Assembly: GCF_001194135.2 (NCBI RefSeq)
Contig: NC_068996.1
Span: 51,724,929-51,788,928, forward strand
DNA: 64,000 nt
Source: Octopus bimaculoides
Lineage: Eukaryota
Direction: 5' to 3'
The notes beneath the pieces were generated by a model that searched no databases, was not told the DNA's origin, and saw only the letters and a program-made list of their open reading frames with translations. Below are positions 26,156 to 39,892 of the stretch, piece after piece. Each line of letters begins with the position of its first letter. Position 1 is the stretch's first letter. A program made the position numbers and the translations under genes.

Positions 26156-29100
26156 TATATATATTATATAAATTATGCACTTTATTATATATATAAAAAA
26201 AAAAGAAAACAGGCATAAATGAATCAGTTTTATGTAAAAATAAATTAAAAGAGGTGGCAAGTGAAAGGAGAAATGATCTCTAGATTTGTGAAGTGAAAAT
26301 AATTTATATGAATAATTTAATGAGAAACCTAATGCATGAATGGAAAAATAAAGCAGTTTTCATCACATACATACAGCCACACATGCAATCAGTCATTTAC
26401 ACTTTTTTTTTTGTTTTTAAATATTTGTTTGTAAGAAAGAAATGTTGAGCACGAATTCTGCTGAGCATCATCCAAATAGTTATGGCAAGTACAATAATGT
26501 ATTACATATATGGTGAAAAATGTTGTTTTATTTGTAATCTGATCTTTCAACATTTTATCTGTATTGGACTGGGACTATGTATTAAAAGATTCTAAGGTAG
26601 ACAAAGCAGTAATGACCAGGTGCAATCCCAATGTCATGCTGTACATTACCATAAGTCGTGTTGTAAGATTTTCTAATGGTCATTTAGTAAATGATGCTTA
26701 TTTCTTCATTTATTTAATGTAGTCATTTACCATGGTTTTGAAGTTTTTGATGTTCACTCCAATCTTAATAGATGTAGAATTCTAAATGCTTATGTAACAA
26801 CATATTGTGCTAAAAGTTTATTGAAATACTTATATGTTCCGTTTATAAAAATAATGTTAAATAACAGAAATGTAATTAGAAAAAAATCGTTAGTTAAAAA
26901 TAAAGGATGTATGTGTATTACATACTGCTTCCCTGTGTGTGTGTGTGTGTGTGTGTGTGCATGTGAGTGTGTGCACATGTGTAGGTATGTGCATGTGATG
27001 TAAACACACACATGCCTAAAATATCATAATTGCAAATATTTAGCTCTTACAAAATTATTAATTTTAATGGATTCAGTCATCAGAACCAAATATTATGTTT
27101 TGCTAGAATTAGCAATGATAATTCAAACCTCTCTAACAATAAAACAGGCTTATTGTATTTTTTTGTAATAAAGTAGTAATCATAAAATATGTAATGTTAG
27201 TAATAAGACTAGATTACATTAAATTCTATAATAAAATGATTAAGTACACCTAATTAGAATGTAATGCAAAAAATAATATATAATTCAAATCTTAATGTCA
27301 TTAATGTTATTTGAAGCCAGATAGTTTAAAATAAAATATTTATCCAGATAAATTATGAAAAGGCCTATTAAATTTCTATTTAAGAAAACCCGAATGAAAC
27401 ATTTTAACATGTAAACCCAACACGTATAATGTAATATATAACCTAAACACATTACTTTTTATTCCTTTAAATGCTCTATTGCATAACAATTGCAGTCATC
27501 ATTCTACCAAACACTATTCCTATCTTAAAAAGAAAAGAAAAGAAAAAAAAAACAAACCCCAGAAAAGCTCCATTTACCCAATAATCAAAAGCAACACCAG
27601 TAAATATTATACTCGTCAACCCATTGAATACTGTAGCTATCCATTTTACCACACTAACATTATACAAGAACCAATGAAAAAGCTTTTATACAACCACAAA
27701 TTTTGGTCATTTTAGCTGTCAAATTTCCTTACCATTTTTAAAAATATAAACCATATGATTTAAAAGCTAAATGTCAGGACAGCATATACATAAAGATGGC
27801 ATGACCACATTTAGAACATCAACTGAATAATTCTTCAATCAGCTACCTCCATGTCATAGGTATTTTCAAACAGAACTGACTTGGGCTACTCAACAACAGC
27901 AAACAGTAGTTCACACATAAACACTTTCTATACACATGGTTGGTTTAACAACATCTAACAATTCCATCCAAATGAAAAGATACATCCCTTTCAGTTTACT
28001 TCAGTCATCATCACCGATGTCAATTCGTTAACTTAATGTAATGTTGGCACCTTTTATTCAGTGTGACTATGATCTCAATCAGAAAACATCAAATTTTGAA
28101 AGTATAGAGAAACAGCTAAATTACAACAACTATAAATACCAAAATTGATTGTAAATGTAAAAACATGCTTCAACTATTCGTTTTGGTTGTACCTTTTTTC
28201 CCTATTCATATGTTAATAAATTATTTGAGATTAAGAAAAGATTTTAAAGAAAAAACCTATTAAAAATAAATGAAGAAGATGCCTAAAAATACCACAGAAT
28301 GTTGTAAGATCTTAATGCAAGTAGGAAGAAATCTGTTCTGTTCAATATAGAAGGTATTCTAAATTAAAATATTTAAAACATATTTAATAAAACAATTAAA
28401 TTCCTCTAAGACATCTAAACATTTAAATCCTTCATTTTATCTTTGACTTATGTTTTTACTGCTACAAGTTGAAATTTGTGTATGAACATTTTAAGAAAAA
28501 AGTTCATTCTAACAGAATCTCTTTTATTTATGTTAGTAGTTATTTTCCAAAAAGCATCAAAGGAAACTTAGATTAGTCTACAATTCAAGGATTACAAAAT
28601 TTTATATTAATTCTTCAAACTTAGTAGACAGATTGCATACCATACTTTTTTAAAAATTGACATCAGAAATTTGTACAATGGCAATGTTACACATCTTGAA
28701 ATCTTTTATTCTAGTATAATAAATGAATGTAATGATTTCTGTGAAGATCTTGTACCTTGACAGTTAATAACCCCCAGCCCCCACCAAAAAACAATCTCAA
28801 TGCCAAATCTGCTATCAACTGAAATTGAGTGGATTGTTTTAATACTATTGTGTTGTAAAAGTACATTCATGCACATGTACAACACATGATCACTCATATA
28901 TGGAGGATACGAGTTACTTCTTTATAATATATTTCTCATAAAATTTGTTTGAATAATGAATAAGAAATGTTTATTTAATGCAGGTAATGTACAATCTGAA
29001 GTGTTGGATTAGTGGTGGAGAAAATCATTTGCAAGTTGGGATTTGAAAGGAATATAATTTTGGATAAGAATTGTACAGTGGGATTAGACAGTGTAGAGAG

Positions 29101-29687
29101 AAAAATTCTGAGTGGTAACAAAATTTTAATCTCAGCTTTGAGTTAAGATAAAAGCAGAAGAGCTGTTGGTGTAGAAATTAAAAAACAGAGAGAGTAGAGT
29201 GCCAGAGGCTGTGAAATTCTGTTGAGTGAAAGTCTGAATATGAATGGATTTTCCTGTAATTGCATAAAGAAGAGAGTGTGAAGCTGATACAATCGAATTA
29301 TGAAGTTAGTAGAAAGAGTTGGTGGAGTCAATGATAAATAGTGATAGGATAAGTTTGGGTTTGTACCATTTCCAATAATTCTATCCTGAGCTATCTATCT
29401 ATTTTATTCTTTGAAGCACTGACAACTTGCTTCTCATTGCCATAGTCATAGCTTGTCTTGAATTCTATTTTTTACATTTTCCAAAAACTGGGATAGGAAT
29501 GTTGTAGATCAGTCATGAAAGACTTTAAATATCTGAAATACACTTCACTGATTGCGTTCTATATCCAACTAATGTTCAAAGCATAACAAGCATTACAAGT
29601 CAAATAACCACATTGAATTTCTTCATTATTAACAAACTGCAAAAAGTATGGCCTCCTCACCAACTGGGGAAGAAGGGTAATTACCAA

Positions 29688-29718
<31 letters not shown>

Positions 29719-30823
29719 CCATCTTGGTTTTAAGTATTTATTAAAAATAAAAATATCAAAACCAACACCTAACTTATGAAGAACATTACTTAGTGTACAC
29801 AGAAATAAGTACTAGCCTTAGTTTGGAAAAATAAATCTGAGTTTACAAAACAGGATTTGGTAAATCTCTTTCTAATAAGCCAGTTCACTTATCTTATCCA
29901 ATTATTATCCATTTAGTTTCATTTCCTTAATTCTTACCCTTATACAACTATGTACAGCACATATAATATAACTATTGAATCAGCTATTACAGTTAAGACA
30001 GTGGTAATGACTTGTTAAAGCCAAACTACTCGAACTCTTTAGCATTCAGATTATTCTGCCAAATGTAATGCTTATTTATCCACATTGTTTTCAATAAATT
30101 ATGCATTACCTCATATTTTAAAGATCTTGATGGTGTGATTATCTATATTTAGAATGATGTAGAGTAGGTGTGAAAGGTTGGACCTGGCTAGTTTTAGCAT
30201 AAAACAGACAGAATATCTGAGTCAGATATGGCTGGTTTAAATGGTAAAGAGTTAAACTGGTATGAAGCAAGAGTTGGTGCAAGAAACTAGTAACACAGCT
30301 GTTCAGCACTTGGTCATTTATTTTACACTTATATATTTTGATTGAACATATAGCCTGTTTGAAATCTAAATAAATAATGCGTATCAGTGAGACATTATGA
30401 GTGAAATGGTGACAGCAGATGACAATTATGACAAGACTGGAAGGATTTACATGAAATAAAAGTTTTGTTATTGAGCTCATGTCCGCTTTCTATGCTGGCA
30501 TAGGTTGGACGGTTTGACTGAGAATTGGCAAGCCGGGAAGCTGCACCAGGCACCAATCTGATTTGGCAAGGTTTCTACAGCTGGAAGCCCTTCCTACACC
30601 ATCCACTCCAAGAGTATAGTGGGTGCTTTTATGTACCAGTCAGGTGGTACTTGCATCGGTCACGATTGAATGATGCTTTTTATGTGCCAGTCTGGCATAT
30701 GACAAGACAAATTTAATTTATGTCACAAAACTGCTTAACACATAAATTACTGTTTTGAATATTATATATATATATATCATCATCATCATCATCATCGTTT
30801 AACGTCCGCTTTNNNNNNNNNNT

Positions 30824-30858
<35 letters not shown>

Positions 30859-33800
30859 GCACACATGCTATTTGCTAACTTGCAATTGTGTTGTATAAGT
30901 AGAATAAGTTCTAATTATACAATCAAAGCAGTCCTATAATGTAAATATTACCAATACAACATATTTGATCACTCTATTTAATTTATCTTTATATATAAGG
31001 CATGGTTGTGTGGTTAAGAAGCTTGTTTCCCAACCATGTGGTCTTGGATTCAGTCCTCATGTGCAGCACCTTGGGCAAGCATCTTCTAGGAAAGACCTGG
31101 ACCAAACTATGCTTTGTGAGTGAATACAGTAGACAGAAACTGGAATAAGTCTATTGTAAATATGTGTATGTGTGTGTGTGTACCCTTGTCCTGACACCAT
31201 GTAATGTTCGTAGAACAAACAGCGCTGCAATGCTAACAATGTTGCTTGTTTTCACTTCAATGTCAGGAGGGACATTCTGTTGTAAAAGATCTGCTTCAGC
31301 AAACTCCACATGATCCATGAATGATCCTGGATTAGTGAACATTGTTAAATGATGATTACATACATACATGCATGTTAATATCATATACAGCAGTGATTAA
31401 ATCCAGTCAGGAATGTTTCATCTAGAATATCTAAGTTTTCTGCCAATAAAATTTCATCTCAGAATACAAAAGCTAGGTTTGGAAAAGACCTAAGGACAGT
31501 GGATTGCACTCACAAGAACATAAAAATCAAAACAAGCATCAAAGCAATACTAATTATTGTAATAATAGGCAGAAGAATACGAATGCTTATAACATAGATA
31601 GTGGTAGAATAAATAAGGAAACAACAGCCCACTTAGCAAGCAACCAAAATTACCTTCAACTAAAGAAGCAAGTTGTCTAAGTAACTCTAGTATTTCTCTT
31701 GAAAACCCTGGCAAAAATTTTAAAAATTCAGAAATTAGACCTTAGTTAAGAATGAGTAAGAAGACTAAAAATCATCAGGTCAGACGTGGGGGCATACACC
31801 ATTGCAGCATTCTCTATTTGTTGGTATATCCACGGGTCTTCACAGGTAGCTTGTTGAGGAGAGTCACCATCTCCACAAAATACTTCCTCATCTACTGTGA
31901 CTATGTGGCATGTGGTTAATCAACACAAGTCAGATCCTCAGTTAGGGCATTAGATAAGCATTCCCTCTTCTCTAACAAGTATAGTAAGATATTCAATGAA
32001 AATACTGTGAAATTTATGTACTTCACTACATCTAATCTAGGGTATAATATAGCAGCAATCAACAGTAAGAAATTAAATACTATTAGGAATAACAAATGTA
32101 CTTTTAATTATTCAGATAGTAAATACCAATCTAGGTGCGTGGCTCAGTGGTTAGTGTGTTGGCATCATGATCGTAAGATTGTGGTTTTGATTCCTGGACT
32201 GAGTGACACGTTGTGTTCTTGAGCAAAACACTTCATTTCACGTTGCTCCAGTCCACTCAGCTGGCAAAAATGAGTAACGCTGTGATGGACTAGCGTCCCG
32301 TCCAGCTGGGGAACACATATGCCATTGCAACCGGGAAACCAGGCCCATAAGCCTGCTAGGCTTTAAAAGGGCGCATTTATTATTATTAAATACCAAATTG
32401 GTTCAAGTATAAATAATACATCTCTGGCTAATATAAAAATGATGATGATATTAAGGTAATTTCACCTCACAGGAATAATACTTACACTAATAAAATAAGA
32501 TCTCTTATGACAACAAACCTAATAGTAATAACTCTCAGAAATGTATAGTTAAAGTTAAAACATTTAATACAGTTCATTATTACATAAGAGCAACAGTTCC
32601 GAGTTCAAAATCAAATTACAAAACCATATTCACTCTTTTAAATACAAAAGAAAAGAACACAGCACTTCACTGGCTAAATTCATCTGGAATGTCAAGGAGA
32701 AAAATAACGACTACTAAGTTTCATAGTCAATCAGAGGTAGAACTTTTCCATACAGAGAGAGTGGCAGTAGTTATAATTTGTAGATATATTGGAATGTAGG
32801 TCTAATTTAATTAATAATCATAAGTTATTCATACGTTGCTGCCACTTATTTAATAAAACCTTTTTTAAATTTTCACATAAAAAAAAATTGCATATAGCTA
32901 AGTTATATTGATTCAACTATATTCATTATTCATGGTAGTGTTCTTACCCTATTAATTCTCTCATACCTGACTTGAATTATTTCTTGTGTAACCTACCAAT
33001 CACTTAACTAATGTATCTAATTTATTTGTAGTGGACCTCATATCATCTTGACCTGATTACCAAGGTGGGCATTAATTTATTCCTTGCTTCCATTCTAACA
33101 AATCCACACCTGCCCACTCCATTTTATTTCGTTTCAAATCTCTCATCTCTAAACAAATCTTTATTCTACAATTTCTCTCTTTACTGATATTTCTGAGATT
33201 GTAGTAACAAACTGCCATCCCTTTGAAATTCTGGTGTATCTAGTAAATTCCTTTCTCTCCATCACTGATGACCCCTTGACATGCCAAGACAGTGGTACAA
33301 GCAGGTTTAAACTACATCAAAAGGAAATATACTGAGATATCCATTCAAACATTCATAGAATGAATGTTTGACATTTCATTTCTAATCTGATATCCTGCAA
33401 CATAACATCCCTCAATATATCTCCTGCAAGTAACTTCATTAATATTATTATGGATTCTGATTTTTCCCCCTTAACATTCTATTAGTCAGGTTTTTGCATG
33501 TAGTGCTGAGGAATTCCATCTGGATTGCTATAATTTCTACTGTCTCTCTACTACACATGTATATACATAAACCATATATCCAGGCATAACTTTGTGGTAA
33601 AGAGGTTTGCTTCCCAACTACATAGTTTTGGTTTCAGTCCCACTGCATGGCCCTTGGTCATCTACTATGGCCTTGGGTTAACCAAAGCCTTGCGAGTAGA
33701 TTTGGTAGACAGAAACGAAAATGCTTGTGAATGTTTCTAGGTAAATTCACTGAGGCAGGTGTCACATAAAAAGCACCCAGTGGTTGGCATTAGGAAGGGC

Positions 33801-36800
33801 ATCCAACTTCAAAACCATGCTAAAATTGGCTTCACTGGTAATGGTGAATTGTAAAAAAATTCAGTCCACTCTGTAAAGTGGTTGGTATTAGGAAGGGTAT
33901 CCAGCCATAAAAACCATGCCAAAACAGACAGTAGAACTTGGTGCAGTCCTCTGGCTTGCCAGTTCCTGTCAAGCCATCCAACCCATGCCACCATGGAAAA
34001 CAGACATATGATGATGATGATGATAGCTATATGTATACAGATATTCTAAACAGTGTAGTATTACCTTACTTTATCATCTTATTGAATTTAAAATTGTTGC
34101 TATTTTGTTCACTATATAAATTTAAGTACTGAAGTTTGCATAGTTTTTAATTCTTGTTTCAACACTGTGTTAATACTAGTTTTGTCACTACATGATAAAA
34201 TCATACATATACGCATATACAAACACACATGTATAATTGTCTGACCCATGCCAGCATGGAAAACAGACATTAAATGATATACATATATAGTAAATAACAC
34301 ACGCACAGAAGTACAGGCCCTTATGTAATACTGAACTTCATTGTGCAACTTCCTTCTTGCCCACACCTCACATCATCTTATTTCTTATTTATATATAATT
34401 TTATTAAATTGTTGCTCTCTACTCCCCTTTTTATGTATTACCACCTATTATCTCCTCCTCCTCCTCCTCGACTGAATCTCCTATTTTCCTTGATTTCCCC
34501 CAACAAACTGCGACTCACCACTGTCCAAGTTTTCACCTGTGTTCACCATTCACTGCATATAACTTCTGCCTTTGTTCCATCTGTCACTCACTCGTCTTTC
34601 ACACTCTTGCAAACGTATCCACCAAGCCATCTTTGATTTTATATCCCTAACACCTCATCCCTACCAGCCTTTCTCTCCTTCCTGCTGAGATAACCATGTA
34701 TCTCCTCTTCAACAAAAAACACCTGTCCCTGTTCCTCTCAACACTGGCATTATGACACTTCCTTCAACACTGCACTCCCACTCGGTCAAGGGGTTTTGTC
34801 GTGCAAGTTACTCACTGACCTCACTAGTGCTGGTCATAAAAAAAAGGCACCCAGGAAAGTGATTGGCATTAGGAATGGCATCCTATTGTAGAAATCTTGC
34901 CAGAGCAGCAACAGAGCTTGGCACAATCCTTTGGCTTGCTAGCACTTGTCAAACTTTCACCGATGCCAGCAGGGAAAACAGATGCTAAATGATGATTATA
35001 TACATGCATACACACATACATATATACATAAGCAAATGTATGTATATGCATGTATGTATACACACAGATGAATATTAGAAAAAGTATAAAACAAAGAATA
35101 TCATTGATTTTTCAAAATTTTTGTTTCTTCTGTTGGTGTTTCAATAACAAAGATACAAATTCACCACATAAATTATTGATAATAATAATAATAAGAATCA
35201 TAACTACACAAAAAAATGCATAATGAAGCTAATTGCAATGGTATGACAGTTTCTTTGTCAGAAATGTTTTTCAAAATATGGAATCTCTATCATAGTCAAC
35301 GGTATCTCTATTGTAAGGTAGCAAGCTGGCAGAATTGTTAATGTGTTGGGCAAAGTGCTTAGTGACATTTCATTCTGAGTTCAAATTCTGTTGGAGTCTA
35401 CTTTGCCTTTCAACTTTTCAGGGTTGATAAAGTAAGTGCCAGTTGTGTAATAGGGTCAATGTAATCAACTATCCCCTTCCCCTGAAATTGATGGCCATGT
35501 GCCAAAATTTAAAATAAATAAATAAATCACACACACAAATATAAATACAAAAATCAGACACAAATTTCACATAAACAGATATCTGCTTATCTGCTGAACT
35601 ATATACACATACACACACACATCTCTCTTCTCTGAATTGCAGCATGGAAGACATTAAGTTAAGGCATTCAGAAACACACAAAAACTTGTTCACTGACNNN
35701 NNNNNNNAAAAAAAAAAAAAAAAAAAAATCTTGTCAGTGAAGAGGTCACAGTTTCAAGTGAAGGAAAATTTGACACCAAATTACAACGGTATTTCATGCT
35801 GCAATTGCTTTAGTTTCAACATGATTTCAGATTAAAACACTTGCTATGCAAATATGTCTCCAAAATATCTATCTACATACCAACACATATATGAGCAGGC
35901 ATGAATGTGTGGTTAACAAGTTCACTTTTAGAATCCTGAAGTTACAGATTCGGTACCATTGTGTGAAAGTTGTTGGCTAATATTCTTACTATAGTTGCAG
36001 ATCAACTAATATCTTCATCTTTTGAGTGAAATTGGTCGGCACAAACTGATGAAACTTAGAAGTTTGTCATCTGTGCGTGTTTTTCTGTGAGTTTGCATAT
36101 GTTCATTGACTGCAAACAACAGCCTTGATGTCAAATATGGACAGATGTCCTTTGCTTGTAGTCTTCACACACACTGCACAACCTTTGTTAACATAAACAG
36201 ATTAACACATGGCAGAAACAGGTGAAGGTTGACAAGAGAAACAACACCCAACTATAAAAAAATCCACCTCAGTGAATTCTGTCTGACCCATGCAAGCATA
36301 AAAAAGCAGGTGTTAAAATGATGATATTTACACGTGTGTGTGTGTGTATATATATATATATATTTATACACACTCACATAGTATAGTAATAGACATATAC
36401 ACACAGTTTGTCTCCTAATGGTATTATGTGTGTGTGTGTGTGCGCGTTCTTTCTATTACTACTCTGCTGCTCTTTACTGTCCCACTCTCTTTTCTTCACT
36501 GTTAGTCATTTCTTCTACCTTACAAAATTTCTACAGCTTTCAACTACTCTTCCTTACCTCTCTATTTTACCATCCCTCAACACTTGTTTTTCTGTAATAT
36601 TTATCGTTTCATCTGTGGAGGCGCAATGGCCCAGTGGTTAGGGCAGTGGACTCACGGTCATAGGATCGCGGTTTCGATTCCCAGACCGGGCGTTGTGAAT
36701 GTTTATTGAGCGAAAACACCTAAAGCTCCACGAGGCTCCAGCAGGGGGTGGTGGCAAACCTTGCTGTACTGTTTCAGTCTTACTTCCTCTTTCTGTTGTG

Positions 36801-39800
36801 CCTGTAATTCAAAGGGTCAGCCTTGTCACTCTGTGTCACGCTGAATCTCCCCGAGAACTACGTTAAGGGTACACGTGTCTGTGGAGTGCTCAGTCACTTG
36901 CATGTTAATTTCACGAGCAGGCTGTTCTGTTGATCGGATCAACTGGAACCCTCAACGTCGTAAGTGACGGAGTGCCAACAACAACATATCGTTTCATCCA
37001 TTCCCTATCTCTACCCATCTTCCACTCACCCACACACACAGCATCTACCCACCCACACTTGCTGTTCTCCTGTCTTGAGCAAAACACTTCGTCTGAAGTT
37101 GGTCTTTGATTACTTCAACATCCGACACCTTGGACACCATGCACCTGTACAGGTAATATCTATTTAATGAAGGGAGCGAGCTAATGTACAGCAAAAAACA
37201 TCTGATCATTAGAAACAAATTTTCTGTGCAGTTTTTTCATCAAGAAACTGCAGAATTCCTTTAAATATCCAAATGGCTCCCTGGAAATGGTTATAACTTT
37301 TGTTATTTCGGTAACCTTATTAGCAATTACAGTAGGTATTCGGAAAGTGTGGTAGCTAGAGGGTTGGAAAAAGTTCAAGGATCTCTTAACTCTACTGGCA
37401 AGAAAGGATTTCTCCATCAAAGTGAAGGGCAGACTATACAATGCTTGTGTGTTAAGTGCATTGCTGCATGAAAGACATATGAAGAATTGAAAGAAATGAG
37501 ATGAACATGCTTTGCTGGATATGCCATGTGTAGAAGTGTTTGACAAAAGTTGCAGAAAATATGTTCTTTATGGAGAGTGGTGGATTTAGCTGTACCCTCA
37601 GGAAAACCAAAATGGATAAAATATGTCAGAAATAGTTCTATGAATATGTGTACTTCTTGCAGTCTAAGCTGATATCTTGCTGCTATTAACTTTGCTTTTT
37701 AGTTTGAGTTTTGTCATGTATCCTGAATATTATTCCACACAAGCATCATTCACATACAACTTAGACTCCTCTTACCTAAAAAAAGACTTGAAAACACTTT
37801 TCATAAAATTGCCACCAAAACAAAAGACATCTGCAACACTATATTTTCTCAAGAACAACCACAACTAATGCTCTTACAACCTTCAGTATCTAGAGGTATT
37901 ATATTCATAAAAATTCTACTGATATATAGGTAAAAACAAAACATTTGATGAAAATCATTCACATCAAATTTGGATTGACCAAATATATAAGATTTATGTC
38001 AAACCAATGAGAAAGCTTGTACGTGCCTACCCAACTCATTAGAAATAGCAAACAACTCTTTCTAATCACACCCTGTAATACTAAAATAATGTATACCCAA
38101 GGACACATTGAATAATGTAGTCCTAGTTATACTATATCTAAATCAAGGCAAGATGGTCACAGCAGGAACTCTTTTCTTTGTATGCTGCTTAAATAACTAT
38201 TATGAAATTAATAAGAAAGTGACTGTAGACATATTATAGGAAGTCAAGAAATAATACGATGACAAGAAATATGTTATATCACCACTGGAGGCAAATAAGT
38301 GAAACAATGCAATACTAGAATATGAAATGAAAATACTCTCTAAAATGAATTGGTTCAATATGAATCAAATGTACCAATACTCTGATAATTACTCCAAATT
38401 CATCTTCTTTCTCCTATGCCTGCACAAAACCAAGAATAAATCAGAGAAATGTGATTTAAAAAAAGGTTATCCTTATATCATTTTTTATTTTAAGAAACTA
38501 AAAACCAAAAAGCAAATACGAAAAATTATAGATAAAATGAAATAAAAAACAAGTTTGTGAAAACTTGTTAATTGATATACAATTGCAGTGGAACTAACTG
38601 TGCCAGTGACAAGGTAACAGATGAACTTTTGACACCTTTAGAAATATACAAAATATAACAATTTTTGTATTCTTGAAAAGGCTAAAACATCTACAATTTA
38701 ATTGTTGCAGTTTCAACACATGAACTCAGATTAAGCTACTTACTAAATAAATACAAATGAAAGTTTTTAAGATTTATACTAAAAGTTTGGATTTTGAAGG
38801 TACTTTTCTTTAAAGTATATTTAAATAATTCTTTTTTGGAACAGTTGATCTTGAAGTAAATAAGGCTATAAATAATAGTTTTAAATTTTGTCACAAAGCC
38901 ATGTAAATATTGAGTTGAAAAGGCTCTTCTGGGTTTGAAACCATTATTGATAGCTTTACATACTTTGAGAACCACTGTTCCTAAAAAGAACTATTCCATG
39001 TTCCCTCCAAAGTTTATAAAATTATTCAATTTGAATAATTTAGAAATATTGCCTAAAGTACACCCTATTTGGTACAACACATATTTCACTTTCCACAATT
39101 CTTAAGTTTATCAAAATTTAAAACTATTGTATTTAATTACAATTTATGATTTCATTACAAGAATTTGCTGTTATATTACAAGACAACAAAAACTTTTGTA
39201 GATTATTTGTCACAAGGGATTGAGATCAGAGGCTTATACAGATACAGAAACACAATTTACCACAGAAACTATACTGATATTCACCAGAGCTATCATCCTT
39301 CAATATATAAAATTATACATAGAAGTATAAACATATATGTGTATGAGTGTTTGTATGTGTGCCTGTGTATGTGTGTGTATCACCAAACCATGTGTAACAA
39401 CAAAAGAATTAGACCTCAATATCGTTGGAAATAGAGGAATAAATGTATCACATGACACAGGTATGGAGCACTTCCATTCAGGATTCTGAGTTACTGTACA
39501 GCAACTCAATAATTGCTGCATTTCTACAGCTTTTGCAATCTTGGGTATATTTACTGCATGCAATAATTATTGAGTTGCTGTATAATAACTCAGAGTCCTG
39601 AATCTAAGGGCTCCTTAGGTGTGTCACTTACTATATAAATATATATAAGGCTGTGAGCTGGCAGAATCGCTAATATGCCAGACAAAATGCTTGATAACAT
39701 TTCATCTGTCTCTATGTTCTGAGTTCAAATTCTGCTGAGGTCAACTTTGCCTTTCATCCTTCTGGGGTTGATAGAATATATACCAGTTGAGCACTGGGGG

Positions 39801-39861
39801 CAATGCAAATGACTTAGCCCCTTCTCTGAAATTGCTGGCTTTGTGCCAAAATTTGAAATCA

Positions 39862-39892
<31 letters not shown>

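Larger units (their letters stand above)
23400..26200. repeat. (TA)n/(CA)n microsatellite-rich zone around exon 10
   Basis: Blocks at about 23400-23670, 24300-24620, 25160-25228 and 25851-26200. These produce the spurious Ile/Tyr/Val/Cys ORFs. Confidence 0.9.

Noticed and set aside
23297-26216. Long ORFs rich in I/Y/V/C/H/T, including the 278- and 304-aa ORFs
   Set aside because: They are translations of (TA)n/(CA)n microsatellites and the N gap, not genes.
35685-35740. Inverted 9-mer (ttcactgac / gtcagtgaa) around a 10-N gap
   Set aside because: Too short, and at a contig junction where artefacts are likely.
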